Counted from the first letter of the stretch, positions 12,518 through 26,876 are shown. The stretch is DNA of 58,368 nt from Octopus sinensis (GCF_006345805.1 NW_021833307.1:1-58368); one strand, 5' to 3'. The notes: generated by a model not told the origin, from the sequence alone. Program-made: numbers and translations.

Positions 12518-13436
12518 TTATTCAATTTTTAGTCTTTTGCTCTGACTGATATGCTCGTCTGATGGACTATCCTGTTCAATCAACGAATATTGATAAGATT
12601 TAGTTCTCTTCCACACATCAAGTTGATCAGAATGAACACCAATCACAACACCAAGAACAGTTTTCCTTGAAAATGCGTGTTTAAGAACTTGTTTGGGATT
12701 TTCGGAAATGCATATTTTACTTTTAGACTTTGAAATCCGGAAGATTTGAGCCATATTCCGCACATCCAAAGGAGATCTGACATCAAAGCATTTCTCTGCA
12801 CACGAACCAAAGACAATTCCCTTTCCAGACACAGCCAAAACAAGACTCAGAGAACTGGCCAGAATATTGACACGTTGTGAGGGATCTCGAATTGCCCCAG
12901 AATAGCATATTTCAACACAAACTCCCCTTTGAACAGACATTTTAAGCTATTTTATACACGATAAGACAACCTGCTTGCTTGCTGCTTGAAATGAAAGTCT
13001 CTGCTGGAAATCGAAGCAAATCAAATCAAAATTGTCATGTGCCCCGACCTGATGTGAATATTAATACCAACCTTCTCGAGGACTTGGTCATTGAGGGGAA
13101 GGATGGAGACAATATCGTACTTGTTGTAGTTGGATAATTTAGAAATGGTGGCTAATTGGTTTGGATTTTGGACTTTGATGGTAATTCGTGAAAGTATTTT
13201 GATTTTTCCTTCAAATGACTGAATGACTGGGTGATTCATTGTCTCCTCGGGGCACTAATATAATATATATAATAGGATACTGGAATTATGTCCTTTTCTC
13301 CCTTTCCGAGTTTCTGGTTAGTTTTGCTCAAGTCAACACATCTGTTCACAGCAATTGTGTGATAGTCTAAAAATATCAATGTTTCGATTGTCTTTTTTAG
13401 ATCTGTAAAGTTTGTTAAAACTATGTTGAAATCCAT
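12518..13436 (-). CDS. RPP30: RNase P/MRP subunit p30, multi-exon
   Basis: Exons give MDFNIV..YHTIAVN, KILSRITIKVQNPNQL..KYDIVSILP and GVCVEICYSGAIRDP..R.NILASSLSLV..GKGIVFGS.A...DVRSPLDVRN, matching the RNase_P_p30 family. Confidence 0.85.
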
Positions 13437-13649
13437 CAACAAGATAACGTTTTATTTATAGACAAAATTGATATGATTATTTATTCAATAAATGCGTGTT
13501 TTTTTAAATAACTATAATAGAAAAAATAAATAATATTTAAAAAAATATTTTGAAAAAAATTAACTCAATCAACGGACATTAAATCCTAATTCTGGCCATA
13601 CCCAATAAAATATTCACAAACAAAAAACTAATAAAAAAACAAAGTCCAA

Positions 13650-14555
13650 TCCTAAAAAGTTTTTTTCTAAACATCCGAAAACGTAGACAAACAAAGTCTC
13701 CTCTCCCATAAAAGTCCTTCACTCAAACCCATCTCGGAGGCTACCAATCACCAACACAAAATACAGGCCCTGATCGCCTCCTTGCATTTAATAACCAAAT
13801 TCCGTGGACATTCCCCAATCGCATCCCCACATCGAATGGCTGCTGGCAGAACGTCAGCACTCTTATAAACCTCGCAAACAAGTCCTGTCGAGTAATCTTC
13901 CACATTTACCACACTCCTTTGCCTTTTTAGCTGAGATGGGTTCCCCAGTGAGGACCATTTCCATTGCCTGATATTTCCCTACTGCTCTTGGAAGATTTTG
14001 GGTTCCTCCACCGCCAGGACATGTCCCCAATTTGATTTCTGGTTGGCCGAACTGTGCGTTCTCGGAAGCATAAATAATATCGCAGGACATGGCCACCTCA
14101 CAGCCACCACCCAACTATTAAACTGACATATTTCTTAAGACCACAAATCCATGGACTGCTGCTATTATTGGCAAACGAAATTTATCAAGACAAGTCCAAT
14201 TGCCGAATGTATTATTTGAATAACTGGCTGGATATGTCCGATCCAACATTTCAGGAATGTCGGCTCCGGCTAATTGTGAGTGAATAATACACACCCGCGA
14301 ATGCCCTGTGAGACCCAGTTAGGATTACGGACTTGATTTGCTCATTTCTCTCATAGGACTGCAGGCAGGCCTCGATTTCCAACATTATTTGGTCACAGAG
14401 GGAGTTAAAAGCTCGTGGTCTATTCATTTTTATGAGTCCTATATTTTTGTTTATTCCTACTATATCTGTGATTATCAATTTGTCTATTCAATTAATATAT
14501 TTATGTTACTTTGATTGCATAAATGTCTGCAAATTATATTACAAACACCACTCAT
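13650..14555 (-). CDS. ECHS1: Enoyl-CoA hydratase (crotonase, ECHS1-like), multi-exon
   Basis: Spliced reading [28 protein letters not shown]|[15 protein letters not shown]|[39 protein letters not shown]. 3' end uncertain. Confidence 0.85.
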
Positions 14556-14643
14556 AACAACAAATCACTATAATCAAATATAATATTTAAAATTTAAAAT
14601 CAATTAATTAAAAAATTTGATTCAGGAATTATTGGTTGATGTG

Positions 14644-16282
14644 GTGAGCACGTGGACAGACCCAAGAGATAACCGGAATCGGATCAGACTACTGAATAAA
14701 GTCATAAAACAGTCTGCAAAGGACAAACGGTACTGGAGGGCTGAAAAGTTCGCCAGAAGATTAAATGCGGAGGTCCCACTAACAAAAGTATGGGCATTTT
14801 AAAAAGATTCACAAACCCGGAGAGATTTAAATCGGGTGAGGATAATGCGGCTCTCTTCATCAACAAATTGATAAAGTTGTACGCTGGGATCAGTAACATC
14901 CCGCACAGGAAATATGATTCGTTGAAACCTCGAAGATGTAGGGACATGATAATCCTCACCCATGACGAGGTGTCTCAGGCTATCAGAAATTTAAGAAGCA
15001 CTGGCTCTTGTGGACCTGATGGAATTCCTACTATTCTGGTAAAAAACCTAGGACAGGTGGCAATATCAGCTCTTTGTCAAATTTACAACTTTTCTATAAA
15101 CAACATTGTGGAAAATGGCACACATTCGTCCTATTCTGAAACCAGGGAGACCAAAAGACAACCCATATCTCTCCTCTGTGTCCTATCCAAAGTTCTGGAA
15201 AAATTTATTCTCAACCACATCAAACAATATCTCCCGGATTTGGATTTTCAACATGGATTTAAATGTGATAAATCAACCACTTTGACGAACTTCATCTCAT
15301 GTGGACTATCTGCCAAATCGTATAACCTAAAAACAGTTATGTGCCCAGTGGATATCCATAAGGATTTTTACTCCGTTTCCAGGAAAATACTGACCAGGAA
15401 AATATACAGTGAAATTCACCCAAAGCTGAAAAAGTGGCTAGCTAACTTCCTCAGCGGCCGAAGAGGTAGGATCCAACAAAACAATACAAGATCGATGTCA
15501 CGATATTTTCCAAACTGAGTCCCTCAAGGCTCACCCCTTTCGTCAACTTTTTTTAATTTATTCTTATCGGACCTTCCGCTGCCAAACGACAAACACTCAA
15601 ACGGAGTCGTGAGGTTAACACGGCAAGTTCAAAACTGTACTACCTCCACAATCTCGAAAGTTGGCTTTCGATAGATCGACGAGTCCTGAAAAATCAGTCA
15701 CTACGCTTCTGACTTCAGCAAGGAAATTGGGGAAATGGTGGTGAACTTATATCTAAACAACATGGAAATCCCTTTTAAAAAATCCCAGAAAATTCTCGGC
15801 GTGACATGAGATAGTCATATGTGTTTCTCCCAACAATTTGAAAATGTTACTACTAGCTGCATGAAGAAACTGAACATTTTAAAAGTGTTCCTCCGAAAAT
15901 GCAAATAATGGATCACAGCATCCCCACACGCCAATCAATCTACCGGCAATACATCGAACCCTTCATTAGTTATGCTTGTGGGGCGTTGGGAGGGTTAGTC
16001 AGTGAAACGAACCGTGAAAAAATCGAAAAAACTCAAGAAAGATTTCGGGAAGCACTACAAAGACAGAATTAACATCTATCCATCCCCTCATTCAAAGAAA
16101 TCCTGGGATTCAAAGAAAGCATGGGCCTACAGGTCCCAAAACTCCACCAACGCGCCCTCATAGAAATTGTGTCGGGACTAGGGTGCAGCACCGGGCAAAG
16201 ATGAGAACCCTCCTCAGAGAAGCCGGGATCACCTGATTAACTAGTTCTATGTTTTGGACGGTGATCTTGGTTCTAATAATAA
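14644..16282 (+). mobile_element. 5'-truncated, degenerate I-group (I/Jockey-type) LINE with (TAA)n tail and 35-bp TSD
   Basis: RT motifs GSCGPDGIP, PISLLCVLSKVLEK, QHGF, KWLANFLSGR, VPQGSPLS, with frameshifts. Ends CTAATAATAA. Direct repeats at 14609-14643 and 16283-16317 match 34/35. Confidence 0.85.
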
Positions 16283-16402
16283 TAAAAAATTTGATTCAGG
16301 AATAATTGGTTGATGTGATACCTCCCACCTCCCAATTCTAATAGACGGAAAAACCTACAAAAAAACAAATGCAGGCCAAAAGAACTCAAAGAATAATAAA
16401 AA

Positions 16403-17381
16403 TCACTCAGCAACAGTAATTTGGTCAAGTTTTTTAGTAACAGCGTGGGCAATCATCTCCGAAATATAATCACTGATAATCTCACTAATCTAAAACAACT
16501 CAAATAAAACAGAAAACAGCAAATTCCGCAGAAATATCGTAAGCCATGTCAACCGCAGTGTCAAAAACAGGCATTTTATGTCTAGTAAGTGCAATAATGC
16601 AATTCCGAACTCGGGCAATGTCACTAAATTGTTCAGAAACAATCTAAAAATAAGCAAAAGCACAAACAGCAGAGTTTTCCTGAGCAGGAAACAGCCAAAT
16701 ATTGCCGTTGTTACCAAAAACTACACTCACAGCACATGTGAGAGTACAAAAGTGTGATTTACAGCGTCTAACCAAAGAAGGGGATATTTTGACCAACACT
16801 CCCAGATGGAGCTTCCATTAGTGGAGAAAGCCAACCTTGCCATATCTGTTACTCCGTGAGTGTAGTTGGATACAGCCGTCGGTGGGGACTGTCCGCACTT
16901 CCGCACTGATTAGGTCACCTTCGTTGAGGTACGTCTTCATCAGTTTTTCGTCCTCAAAAGACTTAATTCTCTACTCACTAAGCAAGCAGGCAATCACCGA
17001 GTCCCCACTGGGCAGAATCACTGCCGACAGTGGCAGGATTGCGTCTTGACGGGAATTTATGTTGACTCTCCACTTCCTGAGGCCCACCCCGACGATTCGA
17101 CCGACAACCACGTCCCCCACTTCCCCCATGTATCTGGTCTTTAGTGGGATGACTCGGGCTAGTTGATTCACGTAGTTCACTACTCCAGCAATTGTGGCCT
17201 TTATTTCGCCCTTGTTGTCTCGGACTGTGCCGTGGCCACTTTGTGGTTAGTTTGGTTGTTTATACTGCATGTACATTGGGTTGGTCACGATTGTGTCTCC
17301 GGGCACTACTATTCCACTCACACTGCTTTCTGTTTTTTCTTTTTTGGTTCTATTTTTTAATGAATAGATAATCGTGGACAT
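16403..17381 (-). CDS. EXOSC2: Exosome cap subunit Rrp4, multi-exon
   Basis: Spliced reading IVVPGDTI..GHGT..VIPLKTRYMGEVGDVVVGRIV..KWRVNINS..L.LSAV.LP.G..LNEGDLISAEV..LHSRS.RYGKL, with 5 introns of 24-28 nt. Last exon boundary uncertain. Confidence 0.9.
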
Positions 17382-17532
17382 GCCACACAACACTACTCGA
17401 TATATTAAATTTATTTAATAATAAATAAATCATCACTTAATCTCAATAAATAATATTCCTCAACTTTAAATAAGTCATAAATAGAGGGTCGGCTTCCCTA
17501 TTGAAAAAAACAAATTGATATAAATGTTTAAA

Positions 17533-19509
17533 TTTTTTTTTTGGAAGATTAAAAAATATATTAAGAGTATGAGAAATCGTCAAAAAAAACTAGCTATTAT
17601 GTACTGGCTCGCAGGATTGAAAGACAATTCCCGCGTAAAACAGCCTGCGAGATCCTCTGAATAAGGAATATAAATTCCCTCGGATCTCTGGAGCGGTAGG
17701 TGCACAGGCGGCCAAGTTTCTTGAGATGAGCAAGCGTCTTGGCCCCAAAAACACAGGAAGTTTCGACGGCAATTGCCCAAAAGCAAAATCGATCGCGTAA
17801 ATCGTCGTATTTCGTTAGTTTTGTGAATTCGGCCATCTCAGCCGACGAACCGGGTCGACAAGCCGTAGCATTTAAGGCACCCTTGGCGAAAGAGTCAGAA
17901 CAGGTGACGTCCCACACGAGCTGCTTCCCGGATTCAAAAGCGAAAAGCGTACAGCCGTCTGGACGTTTTGCATCTTCAAGAACAAGGCCCGTCGGTTCCA
18001 GAATAGAGGGGAAACCAGCTCTTTCCAGAGCTTTGTGAATTAGATTGTTGATTTCGGTGTGCCGAGGAAATCGGCCGGGGCTCATTCGACAAGACAGAGG
18101 ATGTAACCCAAAGGCGTCAACTTTATCTCCACAACGACATGGGTGAGGTCTGCAGACAGGGAGTCCAAGGCGATTACAGATACCCAAACGGAGTGAATCC
18201 CTATCGAGGACAGTATCCAAAAGCGGAGAAGGGAGTACATTCAGCCAGGAGCCTGAGTATGGCTGACAGGCGGAACGGAAACAAGCCAGTCTGTGTTGGT
18301 CGAGGAGTGGTTCCAAGTCAGTTGAAGATCGACGGCAAAGAATTTTGTCCCAGTCTCGCTGAGAAAAGACATCGGAAGGGACTTCAGAGAAATTGCGTTT
18401 CCAAAGAGCAAGGGCCGAATCAATATCCGAGTCCAACGATGATTCAGTAGTTTTTTCCAGAATCTTTTGGATAAGAAGATATGATCCAGACGCCGAAGAA
18501 AGAAAGGCAGGAAGAGCCAAATCCATACTGGAACGGAGGCCCAGACCCCCGTGACTCACAGGAAGTTTAGCCTGACACCAGGCAATATCGTCGAAATGCA
18601 CATTGAGAATTTTCTCCGCAGACCTCCGAACCAAGGAATCATAAGATTCCAGCATTTGGGTGGCATAAAAACAAGGTGAGCTCCTCAGGATATAAACAAT
18701 TTTTGGGATCAAAAGATAGTTCTTGAGGATGTAGAATGAAGGATGAGAATCAATGACAGAAAGTTTTTCACAAAGAGATGCAATAAGATTTTTTTTGGCA
18801 AGCAGGATTCGTGTAGCTGAGTCGGCGAGAATCGGTGACCCCAGAATTTCCAGATCAGACAGAGGTGTCTGTCTCAACTCAGGAAGGAGTTTGCAAAAAA
18901 GAGAGAAGGAGTTCTTAAACAGGGATGGCTCAACAGAGAGATTGACAATCTCGGACTTGCTGGAATTAATAACCAGACCAATGTCGGATAAAGCCGGAAT
19001 TAGACTGGCTAAGTCCTTTAGCAAAACATCAGGCGGACCGCCAAGGGTGCAATCGTCGAGATACCAAAGATTAAGGGGTGATTCGTTAACGCGGGCAATG
19101 GCATCCACGGCAAGAGCGAACAGTAATGGGCCCAAAGGATCCCCCTGTTGGACGCCACAGGACGAAGAAATGAAAGAACCACCGGCGATTAAAAGTGATG
19201 GAAGCGAGTACGAAAGCGATATAAAGGGAAGCAAGTGTGGAACACGGTCTTGGCAGACCTCCAACATATGACCACGGTCCAGAGAATTGAAAGCATTAGT
19301 TACATCCAGTTTCAATAAGGCAAGGGAAATATTGGAACGAGTAGAACCGTGAATAAAACAACGACAGGCATGGACAGAAGACTCGCAACCGCCAGGAACA
19401 CCCACACCCAACTGAATGGGCTGCAGTTGCTCGCCAATAGAAGGAATAACTGACTTACAACAGACTTTCGCTTTGCCGCTTAGGAATAAATTGCACAAGT
19501 TAGTGCAAG
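17533..19509 (-). mobile_element. 5'-truncated CRE-like non-LTR retrotransposon (family D): RT, CCHC finger and REL endonuclease; 633-aa open frame
   Basis: LDVTNAFNSL, GVQQGDPLGPLLF, WYLDD, LPVSHGGLGL, CRCG..HPLSC..RH, KRPDG..WDVTCSD..AVET. Poly(A) at 17533-17542 (T run on plus). TSD AATGTTTAAA at 17523-17532 and 19510-19519. No ATG start. Confidence 0.93.
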
Positions 19510-19583
19510 AATGTTTAAATTAGACAAAACTCAATCCGATAGAATAATTAACAAAGAACGGGAAAATTGCGAAGAAATGTGAA

Positions 19584-20408
19584 CTAGTCATTGAGCAAAG
19601 GAAATGAATAATGAGAAATGCCCCCATCTCTACTCAGCATGGAAACGACGACAGAATCCCCAACTTCTATAAGTCGATGTGAAGCAGCTCTAAATATATT
19701 CTGACAACAGGCATTAATCTCATCAACACTCATATCCACATCTTCACTTCTGGTCACCTTTTCAGTACCAGAAATGTTGTGTTTGCCCACCTGAAATCCT
19801 CACTGACGGAATACCAGATTAGCCAAAAGAGGAGTCATAATAGCAGCCCCCATTCCACTGGCCGAGTAAATAACCTTTTCAATGCAGCCGACTGGGTCGT
19901 AGTCGTAGACACACGCACTTCCTGCCATCCAACCACCACCAACAACCTTCGTTGTCAAATCCGGCCACCACAGGGAAGGCGTAGTAAGGAAAGAACCTCT
20001 TGCTGTACAACTTCATGGCCAAACGATGGGAGAATGAATCACATGTTAAGGGCAGACTGGAGTCCTCGTCATATCTCTACCCAATTACTCACCACACAAC
20101 CTCCACGATCAATTTCATCTCCTTGACCAAGGTGGTGGCATCCCCCTGATATCCACATGTGGTCATTAGTATATTTTTATTACTATTTAGTCATTAAGGG
20201 CTATACATTTGGTGGTTTCTGTTCATTTCCCGAGAGAGAATTTGGTATCCGGACGTAAGACGAGTGTCAGATGCGAGTACAACGTAATTTTTGGTAGCAA
20301 TACCAATGACTGAACTAACATGTTATTCACATGAGGAAAATACCCCCCGTTAAATTCGTAGGGGTTCCATTGCTCCTCTTTTGATGTCAAAATTGAACTT
20401 ATCATCAC
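19584..20408 (-). CDS. PSMB1: 20S proteasome subunit beta type-1 (beta6/Pre7), 6 exons
   Basis: Spliced reading WNPYEFNGG|SVIGIA..VVLASDTRL..GYQGDATTL..LYSKRFFPYY..VAGFDNEG|SACVYDYDPVG..; introns of 22-29 nt. Confidence 0.92.
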
Positions 20409-20582
20409 TAGAGCTATAACGTTCTATAATTATTATTTAAATTGCAAAAATGAATTTTATTGATATATTAGATATAATTTGAATGCTTTTTAATATTTTA
20501 CAGAAAATAAGTTTTTTAAACAATTTATTATAGGATCATACGTGGATTAAAAATGTCAAAAACAATGTTATAAATAAATTGA

Positions 20583-21624
20583 TTATTGGAAATAGGAGAT
20601 CAATGCGGTTATCACTGTGCCCAATATTAATCCGAATAATTCTATAGAAAAAAGAATTATTCCAATTTTTGTAGAACTATTATCTTTAAGCAAACTGAGT
20701 CTGTTTTTTTTGACTTGTTGTGTCTGGGCAGTCAAATAATATGAGAACCATTCCATTAATCGAAACGTTGAGAAATACTCCAGCAACAAAAGCCAGGCCC
20801 CAATTAAGTATTCCTGTAATATTCCCAAAAATAATCCCAACAAAGAACCCAAAATAAAAAAATGCTACTGAAATAAAATTGAGAATTAAAATCTTCTTTT
20901 TAGAAAACTCCATGCTCAGGAAAATAGAAATATCACCTAAATTGTAACGAAAAACACGTGCCAATTTCGTGAGTAAATTCTTCAAAGAATATTATAATGC
21001 TTAAACTAAGACCAAATACAATGCTGGTCGAATAAGCAATGCTCAAAGAGAATCCGTCCATAAATTTATGAATGCTGTCCCCAACAATCATAGAAACGAC
21101 CAACGAGTTGTCAATTGGTTCTTGTTCCTTTTATACTTTAATAAGAATTACAAATTGAATCGGTTCTTGACATTTATAATTCGAATAAAAGTCGGAAATA
21201 GAACTGAATATATATATTAACAAGTTTCCGATCTGCATCACTATGCCTTTCCAAAGAATTGTTTTTTTAGGTTCGTCGATTGCGAAAATCTGCGACTTTA
21301 AGTGACAATCGGACAACCTCAGGTATCAAAAATAGGAGAGTGGCACTACTAGTCGCCCCAATAGACAGTGTTATGAAAAACAGGAGCATATATTTGTATA
21401 ATGAATATTTGCTTATAAACACAAATGAAATCCCGAAAGCAGATAATAACGAGAATACTAATAAAGTCAGCAGCCCACACATCCACACTGAATTTAAAAT
21501 CATCAAAAATACCTAATCGTTTGCTTGGCAATTTATGGTTTGATGGATTTTCGTTGTTGGCGGGTGATTTGTTCAAAACCATGTGGCTGTTTATCCCAAT
21601 GAACAGAAGGGGCAAGTAATACAT
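20583..21624 (-). CDS. ZIP (SLC39A, LIV-1-like) metal transporter, multi-exon
   Basis: TM segments plus the motifs GDSIHKFMDG and EEFTHEI|GDISIF. The latter requires a GC-AG intron at 20937-20961. Confidence 0.85.
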
Positions 21625-22826
21625 TTATCAAATTCACGAATGCTTTATTATTATTTGAGTTTGATTGATTTTATCAAAATTCCGAGAACTTTTGATATTT
21701 AGGTTAATGGGAAAATGGGAAATTATAAGTCAATTTTTGATGATCCTTCGATTCGATGGAGGATTTTATCACGTTCAACTTGAATTTTAACGAGCATTAT
21801 TTTTAGAAGTTGGTTTTTCATTCGGGAATATATATTATTACTTTAAAATTCTGTTATCTCAGTTGTTTCAAATAACTTTCACGTAGGTTTCTAGAATTAT
21901 TTAAAAAGGATTTTTAAAGGATATTCTATTTGTTTAATTGTACTATTTTCACCCTTTTATTACTCGAATTGACATTTACCATTAAAGATAACTTTAATTA
22001 TCAATAATTGAATTGTATAAAATAATTTTTCTGACTAAAAAGATGAGGATAAATCAAAGCATCGAAAAAGATTGTCAAGAAATGGTGAAATTTCAAATTT
22101 TTTTTTTAATTGTAGAAACTTTTTAAAAATCAAATATAAAAACTGTTTAAGCTTGACCTCTTTCTTTGACACAATGCCCTGTTATCCTGAAGTATGAACT
22201 TGCAGAAATATTCATGAACCAGCAAATCATTTCCTGAATTTTGATAAAAGTTGAGCATTTTCTTCCGTTGAGGAGTTTTTTTCAATAAAATTTATTTTGT
22301 AAATATTTGTAGATATTTTTTTAGATATAAAATATCTAAATATATATTTTATTTTCAAAAGTTTTACGTTTGGTAAAAGTCGCATGAGTAAGTTAATTAT
22401 CCATAAACACGTCTTTCCACGCATATTCTAAATCACTATTTAGTTTAATCGACGTGGTCATTCGCAACTCCATTGCTGACTGGGTCCTTTAGTTGTTCCA
22501 GACATGTGTCTGTGTCTGTACATGTCTAGTCTTCCATCGATTTTGTATTAGTTGCGTAGCACTGGCTGACACATGTACTTTATATGGCGGCTGGTTGATA
22601 CTATAATTCTATTAAAATGTCTGTGAAAAATACGTAAATGTTGATTATGTATGGAAGGCCGTATTTCCCAGCATTAAGATAGCCTTAATGTCTATATTTT
22701 GTTTTCTTTTGTCGCTGCTATGCAACCTGTCATTTTAATTACTATTTTTTATAAATTTTGCTATTAGCGTGGGCAATGTAGGTTTTGGGACTGTTTTTAG
22801 ATTGTGACTGTCATGTCGAAGGATTG

Positions 22827-24586
22827 ATGATGGCTTCGGAAACCCCTGGAGACTTAGTTATGGAAGAAGACTGTAGTTATGACGAAGAACTGTCGAGAGA
22901 TGAAATGTACGAATATGCTCGTCTTATTGGGGTGGACCCACAAACAGAGCCCGGTCTCATGTACATTGTCCAGGAAGGACTGAAAGCACCACTTCCCGAA
23001 CATTGGAAGCCCATGTAACCTTATAAGTAATTGAACAGTCTTCGGGAGAATGGACAAATTTATTATTTTAATTTTTTGACCTCAAAAAGCACCTGGGAAC
23101 ACCCATGTGATGATTTCTACAGGAAAATGGCAGATCGAGAAAGATCACAGAGAACGCTGATTAAAGAACCTCAAAAAATTAACGGACATTTGGAAAAGGC
23201 TACAAATGGGACAACCCCTATCAATCTAGTCCCAGAAAACAGCCTAGTGATCCCATTTGACTCATTTGTAGTTCAGTTTTGGAAGGGAGGTCAGTGATGA
23301 GTACGAACTGTCAAGTAAACACGAAGACTCGCCAAGGTTGTGACTTATTTATGGCTGATCAGCAGAAATCGGGAAGTCAAGAACTCAGAAAGACAGGTAG
23401 AGAACTCTGAGGGCTTGGATTCGTACGAGGTAGTTGTAGTTTGGAGGAATCGTAGAATGACAATTATGTTTTGCAGCCATCAAAAATCGTTTCATTCAAG
23501 CAAAAGAAATCGGAAATTATTGACTTTGGTCGACTAGGTGAGCAGAAATCGAACGGGCTATGTCGAAAAAATAACCACAAATTAAAAAATCACTACAAAT
23601 CAACAAATCATTTAAAAGCAACTCAAAATTATATCCTCAATAAAAAACCTAAACTGGATAACCTCCCTTCGAATTCTAAAAAAGCGAATAAATTAGTTGG
23701 GGATGAACATTTAAAAAGTCCAAATACCTGCAGTGTAGTTCCGGATTGTTGCAATAAGCAAGACTCTGTTTTTGAGAACCAAACATTTTGTTCTCAAAAT
23801 GGTTTAACAGACAATGAAAACAGTCATTTATCCAAAATAGTGTCAAAAAATGTCATTTCTAATCAATTTGCGGCCAAAGGTATTTTGTTGGACACCGAAT
23901 CTAAAAATGTGTGGCTTTTAATGTATTTCTGTATAGAATGGAGAAATTGACAATTTGCTATCAAAGTTATCCCTTTCAACACAAAATGAGCAGTCCTGTC
24001 ATTCCGAGGTTAGTGATCTTGACATTTATAATGGTAGATTTATGGAGAATCAACTTCTACCCATATTCGACTGTATATCCCTTAATTAAATGTTTCAGTC
24101 CAGAAAACCAATTAAAACATTCCAAAAGTGTTACTGTGGGTGAAATCAAGAATGGAACATTTAATTATCACACATCAAATAATTCAGAAAACCGCTGTAT
24201 GACTATTGCCCTTTAAATACACTTAGCTGCTGATCAAGTGTTTACTACACACAAAATGGGCCTGTCCTCCCAACCTACTGCCTCCCGTTTGTGAGGTGAT
24301 TGTGACTTGTTAGAAGCCCGTTTTAACAATAATCGAATTCCTACGAATATGCTCAAGTCGTATGACCAGGCTGAAAGATCCCTGGAAGCCAAATGGAGGC
24401 GATACCAGGAACTGCAGAAGACTGGAGTCAAAGAAGTGCTTACTAGACCAGCAAATAAGTAATTTTGAAATATATGAACTGCATAGACCATTGGAAGACA
24501 CGACAGTCAATGATCGACTGTCTAATCACAGAAAATGGCTTTCAAAACTCCAAGACGACATAACAGCCCACCTTTGTCGCAAATGA
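22827..24586 (+). CDS. CEP164: CEP164-like centriolar protein (N-terminal WW region), multi-exon
   Basis: EYARLIGVDPQTEPGLMYIVQEGLKAPLPEHWKP|..GQIYYFNF..STWEHPCDDFYR matches the CEP164 N-terminus. Downstream exon structure and end are approximate. Confidence 0.7.
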
Positions 24587-24736
24587 TGAAATGTCTGTCC
24601 ATACTGTGTATAAATATATGCCTCTTAATTTACTGTTCCAATTTTTGTGCGAATATAAAGATTTTGTTCCCTTTAAAACAGGCAGTTTAGATGGATGGAC
24701 AAATTTAATTAAACAAAGAAAAAGACTGGTTAAAGG

Positions 24737-25065
24737 CTAGATTCTGTAAGAGTGTTTGTTGCGGGTGAGGTAGTTTATGATAAATTCGATTGGATCGGGG
24801 GGTCTCTCCTTGGCCAAGGACATCATGGACTGAATTAGAATCGGAACAACTGTTTTGTGGAGGTAGTCACGTTCGGGAAGACTATTTAATTCGAGTCTTT
24901 GAACTTTGTTCATTTCGTGGATTCCAGTCTGTTGATAAGGCAATAAAAGTACTTGGCTTCGAGAATCGAAAAATGTTTTCTGTTCCATACTATCAATAGA
25001 ATCACTGTTTATATTTCCAGAAGTCATAACTAATATTGACAATCAATTTGTATACAGTTATCCAT
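24737..25065 (-). CDS. DPY30: Dpy-30 (COMPASS subunit), 3 exons
   Basis: SLPERDYLHKTVVPILIQSMMSLAKERPPDPIEFIINYL is a Dpy-30 motif. Two mini-introns (26 and 24 nt) give an ATG at 25065. Confidence 0.85.
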
Positions 25066-25389
25066 ACTCACAGCAACCAATTAAAACAAAAATTTATTAA
25101 ACAATATTTTAAATATTTATAATAAAACACATAAAAAAATTAATCTTTTTCTTGTGAAGCTAATCAAATAACATTTATACTAATTTAAAATGATTGGGCA
25201 AAATTCTTTAGTTCGTGGAATGTATCTGATTTATTTTCAGCACAATTTCACATTTAGAATTTTAAAAAATTAGAAAAATGTTGTAGATTGCCAATATAAA
25301 ATATTATTATTAAAATAATTTTATATTATTTCCGAATATTCACGACAATAAGCCACGCTATTTAAATAGTCTCTTTCTCATTTTGATAA

Positions 25390-26559
<1,170 letters not shown>

Positions 26560-26876
26560 AAATATTGATATAAATGGTTTATTGTTCTAAATAAAGGAAA
26601 TTAATGTTATTTAATTATGTTCTGTCGCTATAGGAGTAGATTAATTTTTAGTTCATCATCATTAAAACACCCCACCCTCATTAGTTGACCCAAATAACTA
26701 ATATCTGGAACATTAAATATTACTGTAAAAGAAAGAGTATTCCCACAAATCAAGCTAAGGTGATGGATCAGCAATCTGAAGTACAAATGATCAAATTCCA
26801 TCCAAAGGAGTGGGTGGACTATTATATAAAGCGGTTTACAGAAAGTTATGGGAGGTATGTGGAATGTTGCCTTCTA

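Noticed and set aside
17739-19271. Plus-strand ORFs (99, 103 and 172 aa) opposite the CRE element; likewise 8678-9112 and 11698-12063
   Set aside because: Antisense shadows of GC-richer retroelement coding sequence, with no recognisable motifs.
22440-22780. snRNA, snoRNA or spliced-leader gene upstream of CEP164
   Set aside because: There is a short hairpin (CATTAAG/CTTAATG) but no diagnostic conserved motifs were recognised.
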